Part shown: positions 46,949 to 55,366 of the stretch, piece after piece
Layout: the number at the start of each line of letters is the position of its first letter
Position numbering within the stretch: the stretch's first letter is position 1
Virus record (IMG/VR): IMGVR_UViG_3300036770_006296
Location: 124,001 to 188,000 of that record
Reading direction: 5' to 3' (one strand)
DNA length: 64,000 nt
Position numbers and translations under genes: made by a program
Notes under the pieces: model-generated
Databases searched by the model: none
What the model was told of the DNA's origin: nothing
Seen by the model: only the letters and a program-made list of their open reading frames with translations

Positions 46949-47626
46949 ATGAAGCTAAACAAAGAAACTAGGGGACAGCTTCTAGATTTATGGAAGAAAA
47001 GAAAAATAAGTCTAAGTGGTAATATCCTAAAGGTTATAGATGCTGATGGTGACGAGGAGCTGAAAAAATATTTAGACGAATCTATCCAAAGAGACAACGA
47101 AGTTAGAAGAAAAAGACTGGATGTTACTAAGAAGGTGCAATCACAAAATGATGAGCTAATAGTTTGGAAAGAAGAGAATGAAAAGATACAAAAAGAACTT
47201 CTAGATTCTCTTAAAAAAACTGAGGAGTCAATGCAGGAGTCAGAAAGACTCAGAGAAGAAGCAGAAAAAGCCAAAGAAGAAGCAGAAGCTTCAATGTTAG
47301 AAGCTCAATCTGCTAAAGAAGAAGCTGAAATAGCTAGAGAAGAAGCAGAAAATGCTAAAAACGCTGCAGAAAATGATCTAGATCTGATACAGAAAAAAAC
47401 GCAGTTTGAATTAATAGGAACTATTATTAGAGTTGCTCTTTGGGTAATTCTTGGAGTAGGTGTTGTAACAACTATGGTTTATCTTATAGCTCTTTTTACT
47501 GGAGTTGATACTGCAGTTATTGGATCAACTTGGTCAAATATAGTTGGTATACTATTGACCAACTCATTTAGCATAGTTGGTACTATAATGGGTGTAAAAT
47601 ACGCATCTGAAAAGGAAAGTAAATAG
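46949..47626 (+). CDS. Coiled-coil protein with two C-terminal TM helices
   Basis: EAEKAKEEAE-type repeats then two hydrophobic segments; co-oriented with the two-component genes. Confidence 0.8.
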   Translation: MKLNKETRGQLLDLWKKRKISLSGNILKVIDADGDEELKKYLDESIQRDNEVRRKRLDVTKKVQSQNDELIVWKEENEKIQKELLDSLKKTEESMQESERLREEAEKAKEEAEASMLEAQSAKEEAEIAREEAENAKNAAENDLDLIQKKTQFELIGTIIRVALWVILGVGVVTTMVYLIALFTGVDTAVIGSTWSNIVGILLTNSFSIVGTIMGVKYASEKESK

Positions 47627-48196
47627 TTATTCAAATCTTTTTTCTTCCGCTATAGAATTTAAATATTCGTTCAGTTCTAGTTCTTTTCCTCCTTTACTTA
47701 CAAACAGAGTATATTTATTATTATCCGCTTCCTCATCGGTCGTTCTATCTATGACATCGTCAGCTCCTAGTTTGAATTTTATTCTATTTGCTAAATCTGA
47801 TCTTGTTTTTTCGTCATTGAATTCCCATTGATATTCAGAAATAATGTTTGTTATTTCCTCTCTAATTATATCCGATTCAACACTAGAGGGAAGCAAATTA
47901 TTAAGATATACTACATTTGATAAATGCGATGCAATAGTAGGAACTAGATACATTTTCATCATAAGAACCGGGGTCATAGAAACTTCATCTATCCAAGACT
48001 CAAATTCAAAATCCATGATCTTGTCTTTGTGTGTATGTATGTAATCCTCGATAACTTCGATACATCCCTCATAGTCCTCTATAAGATCCTCTATAGTAAA
48101 AGGAAAAAACTTTTTAATTGTTTTTGGTCCTCTCTGAAGAGATTCTATTTTTTCAAATATTGAATCTCTAATATCAACTTTTATATTTTTTTCCAT
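47627..48196 (-). CDS. Hypothetical protein
   Basis: 189-aa ORF; WEFNDEKTR segment. Confidence 0.7.
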   Translation of the reverse strand: MEKNIKVDIRDSIFEKIESLQRGPKTIKKFFPFTIEDLIEDYEGCIEVIEDYIHTHKDKIMDFEFESWIDEVSMTPVLMMKMYLVPTIASHLSNVVYLNNLLPSSVESDIIREEITNIISEYQWEFNDEKTRSDLANRIKFKLGADDVIDRTTDEEADNNKYTLFVSKGGKELELNEYLNSIAEEKRFE

Positions 48197-48258
48197 ATTA
48201 TTTCTAGATATTTATTGTAAAAAAATTTCGTTCTCAATAGGATAAATAAAGATAAAAT

Positions 48259-48459
48259 ATGGACTATAGAGAATACCTTGAAAACATAAAAAAGAAACTA
48301 GACTCTTTAAATAAAGTTGCTGGAGTTAACCCAGAAGCAGACAGGGAGCTTAAAAAACAAATGCAACAATCTCAGATGCCATCCGATGAGATATTCGATA
48401 TGTTAGGGCACGGTGCTAAAATGTGGATGGATAAGAATAAAAATCAAAATCCTTTGTAA
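48259..48459 (+). CDS. Small hypothetical protein
   Basis: 66-aa ORF. Confidence 0.6.
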   Translation: MDYREYLENIKKKLDSLNKVAGVNPEADRELKKQMQQSQMPSDEIFDMLGHGAKMWMDKNKNQNPL

Positions 48460-48510
48460 CTAATCTGGCTTTAGACCGTAAGAAGTTTATAATCCATTAA
48501 AAATGTATTA

Positions 48511-49392
48511 ATGCGGGATTTTAAAATAATTAACCGGATAACAAATACCTCTGATAATCTAAACCGATACTTCAATGAAATATCAAAATATGAATTATTA
48601 AGTGCTGAGAAAGAGGCTGAACTTGCTTTTAAAGCTAAGGCTGGTGACGAAAAAGCTAAAGAAGCAATATTAAAATCTAATCTAAGATTTGTTATTTCTG
48701 TTGCAAAATCGTATGTTTCTGGCAACTCCCCACTGGAAGATCTTATATCTGAAGGAAACAAAGGATTAGTAGAAGCAGTCGAAAATTTCGATCCGACTAC
48801 CGGATTCAAATTTATTAGTTATGCTGTTTGGCATATTAGGAAAAACATACTTGTATATCTTAATAATCACACAAGATCCATAAGAATCCCTTCTAACGTA
48901 AATAATGAGATGCGAAAATATCATGCTATAGAGGAATCTTTTATCTCTTATAATGGTAGGGAACCTTCAATAGATGAGATGCTAGAGATAATAGAAAATC
49001 CTGAATATGGGATCCAGATTTCTAACGCCACAATAGATACAATTAAAAACACCCCGTTATCTATTCCTCTCGAAAATTACGGAAAAGAAAATGACGAGAT
49101 TGGCTCTCCTCTAAGTTGGTTGCAATCATCTGAAAATAGTGATGGTATAACATTGAGTGACGATATCAGGAATATTATCTTGCGAGTTCTTTCAGAGTTA
49201 AAGCCTATGGAAAGGGAAGTTACTATTTTAAAATACGGACTTGGAGACTCAAAAGAACCTATGAGCTATAAAGCTATAGGGGAGAAGCTAGAAAAAACAA
49301 CAGAATGGGCTAGGATTATTTCTAAGAAAGCTGAAATGAGGATGAAGGCTATTATTAGGAGAAGAAAAATAAAAGAATTATTCTTCGATTAA
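48511..49392 (+). CDS. Second, divergent sigma-70 family factor
   Basis: NLRFVISVAKSY; DLISEGNKGL; FKFISYAVWHIRK; region 4 TTEWARII. Confidence 0.9.
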   Translation: MRDFKIINRITNTSDNLNRYFNEISKYELLSAEKEAELAFKAKAGDEKAKEAILKSNLRFVISVAKSYVSGNSPLEDLISEGNKGLVEAVENFDPTTGFKFISYAVWHIRKNILVYLNNHTRSIRIPSNVNNEMRKYHAIEESFISYNGREPSIDEMLEIIENPEYGIQISNATIDTIKNTPLSIPLENYGKENDEIGSPLSWLQSSENSDGITLSDDIRNIILRVLSELKPMEREVTILKYGLGDSKEPMSYKAIGEKLEKTTEWARIISKKAEMRMKAIIRRRKIKELFFD

Positions 49393-49706
49393 GCTAGTTC
49401 CATTTCCTCTATTCTAAAAGGCAATTTAGTTCCGTATCTGTACATACAAAAATGATCAAATTCTTCTTCGTTCATTTTGTCAGTGTGGAACTCCATTTCA
49501 TCCCACAGAACTTTATTATTCTTGTCTTTTAAATAGAGATCGAAAACATCTTTGCCTTTCTCTATCTTTTTTACGAGAGAGTTATTTAGATCTTTTTTTA
49601 TTTTTTCCGCTCTTTCTTTAGAGATTGTTATTTTTTCAATCCACTCTTTTCTAGACCCTTCTTCAATTACAGATCCTCTTATTATGTAAGCTTTCTTATT
49701 ATTCAT
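49389..49706 (-). CDS. Hypothetical protein
   Basis: Start moved to ATG 49706 (MNNKKAY). Confidence 0.65.
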   Translation of the reverse strand: MNNKKAYIIRGSVIEEGSRKEWIEKITISKERAEKIKKDLNNSLVKKIEKGKDVFDLYLKDKNNKVLWDEMEFHTDKMNEEEFDHFCMYRYGTKLPFRIEEMELA

Positions 49707-49768
49707 ATCTGCTAATTTAATAAATAAATTAAAAAGCAAAAGGATATATAAAGATAATAGAGACAAAA

Positions 49769-50596
49769 ATGAGACATCTTAAATCATTAGAAGAGTTTAG
49801 AATAGTTAATGAGCAGCTATTTAAAGATGGCGAAGCATTAATGAAACTCTTAAGCGGAGGTAAACTTCAGGATTCTCCTGTAGAAGGATCAGTAACAATA
49901 AAAGGAGGAGCTATATCAGGGGATAAAGCCAAAAATGCACAAGCAGTGATAAATTCTATGAATAAGCATGGAATAACAAACCCTTACACACAAAAAGCAA
50001 TACTAGGTGTAATTGGTAAAGAGTGCGGGTTCATACCTCAAAATGAGACATCATACTCTACCACTTCTTCTGCTAGAATAAGAAGTATATTTGGTGAAAG
50101 AGTTAGTAAAATGACTGATGCACAGATTGATCAGTTAAAAAAGAACGATGAAGCTTTCTATAATTACCTGTACGGCGGAAGATACGGAAATGCTCCTAAT
50201 GAGGGATACAAATATAGAGGTAGAGGATTTAATGGTATAACATTCAAAGGGGTTTACCAAAAAATGAATGATCTCATGAATCGGATTGGAAAGCTGGATA
50301 GAAAGGTTGATCTAGTGGCTAATCCAGATGTCATTAATGATATAGATGTTGCTGCAGAATCTGCAGTGCTTTATTTTATAGACAGGGCTTCTTCCCCAGA
50401 AATGAACAAGAAATATGGTGTTAAGGATCTAAACGGATTCAAAGACGAGGAAACAGCAGTTAAAGCTATGGTTCATGCAAATGCTGGATGGGGATCTAAT
50501 ATGAATTCTCCGTTTCTAGCAACTAGCTTAAATAAGGCTAAGGATATGGCTAAGCAATTTAGTATTGCAGATTTAGGTCAAAATAATTTAGCTTAA
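49769..50596 (+). CDS. NEQLF-module protein 4, GH19/lysozyme-like domain
   Basis: MRHLKSLEEFRIVNEQLFKDGEALMKLLSG; AILGVIGKECG...QNE; YRGRGFNGITFKGVY. Confidence 0.8.
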   Translation: MRHLKSLEEFRIVNEQLFKDGEALMKLLSGGKLQDSPVEGSVTIKGGAISGDKAKNAQAVINSMNKHGITNPYTQKAILGVIGKECGFIPQNETSYSTTSSARIRSIFGERVSKMTDAQIDQLKKNDEAFYNYLYGGRYGNAPNEGYKYRGRGFNGITFKGVYQKMNDLMNRIGKLDRKVDLVANPDVINDIDVAAESAVLYFIDRASSPEMNKKYGVKDLNGFKDEETAVKAMVHANAGWGSNMNSPFLATSLNKAKDMAKQFSIADLGQNNLA

Positions 50597-50597
50597 A

Positions 50598-50939
50598 TTA
50601 TCTTCTAAATTTATTAGGAAACATTCTTCTCCACTCGTGACCTTGTGGAATGTCCTTTGCTCTTACACCGAATATCTTTTCTTCTGGGCATGGATCCATT
50701 TCTCTAACCATTCGATTGTTCATCCAGGTCTCTATTTTAACAAAGTTATTATTACAAGCCCAAGATTCTATTGATCTGTTCCATGATGAACCTGTCATAA
50801 ACGGAAAATTTGTATTTGAGTTATTAACGACATCCGTTATTTGACTTCCTTGAAGTTCAACTTTTATCTCACCAAAATTCCTATGCTTAAGAATCATAGT
50901 CCTTTGGTTGAAATTTTCGTATAGTTCTATATAATTCAT
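50598..50939 (-). CDS. Hypothetical protein, CTS-like N-terminus
   Basis: Start moved to 50939 (MNYIELYENFNQ). Confidence 0.75.
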   Translation of the reverse strand: MNYIELYENFNQRTMILKHRNFGEIKVELQGSQITDVVNNSNTNFPFMTGSSWNRSIESWACNNNFVKIETWMNNRMVREMDPCPEEKIFGVRAKDIPQGHEWRRMFPNKFRR

Positions 50940-50940
50940 T

Positions 50941-51615
50941 TTATTTTTTACATCTTCCTGTTTTAAAACCATCTGGTATTTTTTCCCCCTCGGGTATTCT
51001 TTTGTTTTCTAGCAATACAGGATTGTAATACCATTTATAATTCTTTTTTCTCATTGGATTATTATCGCCTGAAAATCTTTCCCTATATCCATTTATTATA
51101 CTTTCGTAATTTTCACCGAATCTTTGTCTTTCGTTTTTATATTTGGATCTTGATTTTTTTAAATTTATTTTTATATTTTCTGCTTTTTCTAAACCGTATA
51201 TTTCTTCTAAAGATTTTCCTTTTTTCCTTTTTGTGCTGTCGTGATTCTTTGATAATTTTTCCTTGTGGTCTAAAGAGAATTCCCTATTTTTAAGTGCTTT
51301 ACTAATTTTATTTTTTATTTCATCCAATTTAGGATTATTGCTCATTGTATCTCCTCCGTCGCCGCCTTTAGATATATTATATCCTATATTCCTATCATTA
51401 GATTTATAAAATTCTATCCAATATTTTTCAGAATTAGATAGATCCTCGTAATTATCTGTTTCGTATATTATTTCTTTTTGAAAATATTCTATTCCATATT
51501 TTTTTATAGCTCTTTTAATTAATACACCCGAACCCATATAATTTTTATTAGAAAGTGTATCTTTACCTATGTATATTTTGCCGTCTAATATATTAGTTAT
51601 TATATAAACCTGCAT
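50941..51615 (-). mobile_element. Free-standing GIY-YIG homing endonuclease (Seg-like, NUMOD3-type tail)
   Basis: VYIITN...KIYIGK; YMGSG; E.YWI; GYNISKGGDGG; KISKALK...DHKEKLS. Confidence 0.88.
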
Positions 51616-51626
51616 ATTTTATATTT

Positions 51627-52199
51627 TTACCAAGGATTGCTAGATTTAATACCTATCAATTTACGATAACGTGAGATATTGCACGACCAGTATTTAGCTT
51701 TCCATTTAGGCCCAGGTTGATCACAGCGCATTCTTTTTTGAAACGATCTTGCTTTTTTAGGATCTGCATTATTAACTCTCATTCCTGGTTCACCGAATCC
51801 AACCTTAACAATGTTACCGCTTTGATTTTTTGTGTATACACCAAATTTCCTAGGACCTGAAGGTGTTCTGAAAGGTCTATTGAGGTTTACTTTTCTACCC
51901 CTATATTCTGCCTCATGTAGCTCTTCTACATCTTCAAAAGGTATGTCGAGAAAAACCTCTCTTCCCTCATATATTCCCCTTTTGCCAGCATCAGTACCAA
52001 CCAACCAGATTTCATCTTCAGTTAGTCCAATATTTCCTTCATTAAATAATATTCTAGCTTCGTTAACAAGATCTAACCACGCTTCTGATTCCACCCTAAA
52101 AACGCTTTCTAGTAAGCCTATACCGTTGTTAAAGTGATAAGATAAGTTCTCAGATAAGGAATTATTATTAAATGCGTTAAAATCGCTTATATGCTTCAT
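51627..52199 (-). CDS. Basic conserved viral hypothetical, CTS-like N-terminus
   Basis: MKHISDFNAF; AEYRGRKVNLNRPFR...KFGVY...VGFG...KAKYWSC; GGATATATA upstream. Confidence 0.8.
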   Translation of the reverse strand: MKHISDFNAFNNNSLSENLSYHFNNGIGLLESVFRVESEAWLDLVNEARILFNEGNIGLTEDEIWLVGTDAGKRGIYEGREVFLDIPFEDVEELHEAEYRGRKVNLNRPFRTPSGPRKFGVYTKNQSGNIVKVGFGEPGMRVNNADPKKARSFQKRMRCDQPGPKWKAKYWSCNISRYRKLIGIKSSNPW

Positions 52200-52214
52200 A
52201 TAAATTATATATCC

Positions 52215-52937
52215 TTATTTGATTAGATCATTCTGAAACATAATATCACATATGTATCTTGAGATTTTTGTATCCGATGGATAGTGGATGCCAACCACCT
52301 CCCTGCTTCTTGCAATTTTTTCTCCTACTTCTCTAACCTCGGACGCAATTTCAGGATGTTTTCTTGCATAATGCTCTGCCATTGTAAATGCAGTGAGTGC
52401 GTGCCCGCTCGGGTAAGCTGCGGTCATGGCATCAGTTCTTATTAATGGATACAATGGAATGTCATAAGCTTTAGCTAACTGATATGGCCTAGGCCTATTA
52501 ATGACGTCCTTCAAATAATTAAGAATCGCGTCCGTTTGGTTGTCTATCCTAAAATATCCATCCATAGTCTCTTCGTATCCTTTTGAATTTAAAAAATCTA
52601 TAAAAATGTTTGGTAGATTGCTCTGGTCATCAGCGTATCTAGCAAATGTAACATCATCTCCCGTTGCATTTGATGTTAATTCTAGTAATTCTTCTAGGTC
52701 TTTTCTTGTAGTTTCGCTGTCGTTCAAAGGAGCTTCTTTTATGATCTTTTCTATTAGCCCCTCTTTTTCGAACCATTTTCTTATGGGATCATTCTTATCT
52801 TCTATGATCTCCTTGAATTCAATCGGTGCATTTCCATAAACTATTTGATTAATATCAACGGTTTTTTCTGACTTATTTAAAGATTGCTCAAGAATTATAG
52901 AATTATTTAATTCTTTAAAATAGCTTATATACTTCAT
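52215..52937 (-). CDS. PAP2-superfamily phosphatase, CTS-like N-terminus
   Basis: K....RPRP, YPSGH, SR...GIHYPSD; MKYISYFKE. Confidence 0.88.
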   Translation of the reverse strand: MKYISYFKELNNSIILEQSLNKSEKTVDINQIVYGNAPIEFKEIIEDKNDPIRKWFEKEGLIEKIIKEAPLNDSETTRKDLEELLELTSNATGDDVTFARYADDQSNLPNIFIDFLNSKGYEETMDGYFRIDNQTDAILNYLKDVINRPRPYQLAKAYDIPLYPLIRTDAMTAAYPSGHALTAFTMAEHYARKHPEIASEVREVGEKIARSREVVGIHYPSDTKISRYICDIMFQNDLIK

Positions 52938-52964
52938 ATAGCTATATATCGATCCTAGATATTC

Positions 52965-53741
52965 TTAATCTCTAAACCACCAAATCATTCCGTCCCAAAG
53001 AGCATCCCCGTGATTGATCCAAGGAGCACGTTCTTCTTCGAAATATTCTTTATCTAATATATCATCCTCGTCTTTTCTATAATCGCTAGGAGTTATTCTT
53101 TCTTTTTTCTTTTTTAATTCTTTCCACCAATCTTTTTTATCAATATAAGAGTAATCAGGAACTATTCCTATTTCTCCAGGATATGAATCATTGAGTCTAA
53201 CTGTTGCAGGTAGTCCATAATACCAGATCTTTCTACCGTTTTCCTTTTCTTGGTTTAAGAAATCGAATGGGTGTTCTAATAGTATAGTTTCTAAAGATTG
53301 AGCGCGGGAGAGAGCATATCCGATTTCTCTAGAAAAGAATGAGTATACCAATTTTCCGTTTGCATACATCTCACATTTTCCACCATTTCTCATATCCCAC
53401 TCATCCCATTTATATTTCATGGTGTTGTATTGACGATATCTGATTTCCCAGCATATTCTATGAGCTCCTTTATCTATATAAGGAATTAGCTCTCTTATAC
53501 AAGGCTCGTGAATATCTCCATCCTCGTCAGAAATAGCTTCGTAGTCTGACCAATCTAACCACCATGTATCTGGACATCCATTGGATTTACCAAGTTCGTG
53601 TTCGTATCCAGGGATGGAATATACTGGATATAGTTTTCCGTCTATCGCTACATCAAATATTTTGTGTAGTCTTTGAAATGGTGCTCCTTCGGATTTTCCG
53701 TATTTCTCCTGAGCTTGAGCTAATGTTAATGTTTCTTTCAT
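52965..53741 (-). CDS. Hypothetical protein
   Basis: 258-aa Trp-rich ORF. Confidence 0.75.
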   Translation of the reverse strand: MKETLTLAQAQEKYGKSEGAPFQRLHKIFDVAIDGKLYPVYSIPGYEHELGKSNGCPDTWWLDWSDYEAISDEDGDIHEPCIRELIPYIDKGAHRICWEIRYRQYNTMKYKWDEWDMRNGGKCEMYANGKLVYSFFSREIGYALSRAQSLETILLEHPFDFLNQEKENGRKIWYYGLPATVRLNDSYPGEIGIVPDYSYIDKKDWWKELKKKKERITPSDYRKDEDDILDKEYFEEERAPWINHGDALWDGMIWWFRD

Positions 53742-53824
53742 TTATTTTTATTTTTATAAATCCCAAATACTTTTTCTCTTCTTTTTTGGAAATTTAAAAG
53801 AAATCCAGAGTAAAAATTTTTGGA

Positions 53825-53977
53825 TTATTCTTCCCATGTTTCTTCTTTGTCCATCTCTTTTAATTCAGATTGAATTTTCTTATCATTGATAAATTTAGCA
53901 TCTTCCCATGCTTCTTTTCTGTCTCTCCATTTAATCCAGAGTCTAAAGAAATCGTATATTAATTTTATCTTGCTCAT
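53825..53977 (-). CDS. Small hypothetical protein (50 aa, below track cutoff)
   Basis: MSKIKLIYDFFRLWIKWRDRKEAWEDAK...; ATG overlaps previous stop. Confidence 0.55.
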   Translation of the reverse strand: MSKIKLIYDFFRLWIKWRDRKEAWEDAKFINDKKIQSELKEMDKEETWEE

Positions 53978-54222
53978 TTTTTAAATACGATATCCCAGTT
54001 TTTATCAAACATTTTATCAATAGTTTCCTTATGATTTGGATCATCTTCTAACAATCCCATTAGATCCTTATACATAAGATAAGCAAATTTTAGATCCTTT
54101 AGATATCCCTCGCAATAATCCCCATTTGGACTTTGCTTACAAGAAATTGCTGAACAGCATCCGTCTTCTCCACAAGCATCACAAACTGAACAATATGGAG
54201 ATTTATATTTCTCTGGATTCAT
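53974..54222 (-). CDS. Small Cys-rich hypothetical protein
   Basis: CSVCDACGEDGCCSAISC. Confidence 0.65.
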   Translation of the reverse strand: MNPEKYKSPYCSVCDACGEDGCCSAISCKQSPNGDYCEGYLKDLKFAYLMYKDLMGLLEDDPNHKETIDKMFDKNWDIVFKK

Positions 54223-54228
54223 AATTTA

Positions 54229-54585
54229 TTAATAAAGATCCTCACTATATAAAGTTCTACTTCCACCTCTTGATCTGTCATTCAGTTGACCCGCGGATTC
54301 AGCAATATTATATCCTTCTTCTCTATCAACAAAACGATTTTTATTAGTTAGAAATCCTTGGATTGATTCTCCAACTTCACCTGGTATGTCTCTTAACCCT
54401 GTAATTGCAACCATTTGATATATGCAATTGCCGTGTCTCCACCCGGATACAACAACACCCCTATCGACATTGTATGGTCTAAAACCTCTATGTTCTAAAA
54501 TATCTGGTTTCTTTAAGGGAAGATCCTTGTACCAAACAGCAGCACATAAAATATACTCGTCCATTATTTTATCTTTAAAAGCCAA
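54229..54585 (-). CDS. Hypothetical phage protein
   Basis: YILCAAVWY...GWRHG...QGFLTNKNRFVDR...LYSEDL. Confidence 0.75.
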   Translation of the reverse strand: MAFKDKIMDEYILCAAVWYKDLPLKKPDILEHRGFRPYNVDRGVVVSGWRHGNCIYQMVAITGLRDIPGEVGESIQGFLTNKNRFVDREEGYNIAESAGQLNDRSRGGSRTLYSEDLY

Positions 54586-54839
54586 TTAGCTAAATGTTCA
54601 TCAATAGTTAATTCGTCCCACTCATAATCAGTGAAACCTTTCCTGCAATATTCACCAAAGTTTATAAGATCTACTGCAGTAAAACCCGGAGTTCTTTTTA
54701 AAACATCCTCGACAACTTCGGGAGATGCCTCCTCACCTTTTGCCTCTATATCTTTCCATTCTTTTTCTATAGATTCAGAATCCATAGAGTTAAATTTCTC
54801 TGCTAACATAGCAGTTAGCTTCATTTCATTTAGGTTCAT
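54564..54839 (-). CDS. Hypothetical protein
   Basis: Overlapping series. Confidence 0.65.
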   Translation of the reverse strand: MNLNEMKLTAMLAEKFNSMDSESIEKEWKDIEAKGEEASPEVVEDVLKRTPGFTAVDLINFGEYCRKGFTDYEWDELTIDEHLANWLLKIK

Positions 54840-55305
54840 ATTCTTTTATTTGTTTTATGTATGCTTCGTATACTGTTGTTCTAGTTGATCCGGTGTTTTC
54901 GTATTTGTCTACAGGAATCCATCTTGTCTCCATAGTGTCTCCTTCTTTTCTTTCACATGGAAATGCTACTATATTCGTGTCTTCTATGTCAGGTCCTTGA
55001 CAAAAAAGCTCTTTCCAAGTTGATTTCTCTAGATAATTTCTTAGAGCGCTCCATGCTTCCATATCGTGTGAGAGCCACATGTTGTCGTCGTGATTCATCG
55101 CATAATCAATCTGTCTTTGTATCTCCTCTGCTAGAGATTTCCCTTGTTGTTCTGAAAGTCTTTTACCAAAGTTTCTAACTAGATCCGACGGGTACATTGC
55201 AGATGCTATTGTGTATCTTCCGCAGAAGTATCTCAGAGAAGACCAAGTAAGATCCCATTCCCAGTCGCTCAATGGTTTAATCTTTTGCTTTTCCTTTGTT
55301 TTCAT
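54826..55305 (-). CDS. Hypothetical protein
   Basis: SLRYFCGRYTIAS motif; overlapping series. Confidence 0.7.
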   Translation of the reverse strand: MKTKEKQKIKPLSDWEWDLTWSSLRYFCGRYTIASAMYPSDLVRNFGKRLSEQQGKSLAEEIQRQIDYAMNHDDNMWLSHDMEAWSALRNYLEKSTWKELFCQGPDIEDTNIVAFPCERKEGDTMETRWIPVDKYENTGSTRTTVYEAYIKQIKEYEPK

Positions 55306-55366
55306 AAAATTTATACTAAAAATGAAGGTTTAAGTTTCTTCTGTAAAAATAAGAGATAAATATAAG

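Noticed and set aside
42706-47626. Bacterial contamination explaining the two-component cluster
   Set aside because: Same AT content, same upstream ATATATA motif and tight junctions with phage genes on both sides; read mapping is still needed to be sure.
50598-52199. Group I intron carrying the GIY-YIG gene
   Set aside because: Both flanking genes are complete with their own start and stop, and there is no room for intron core structure.
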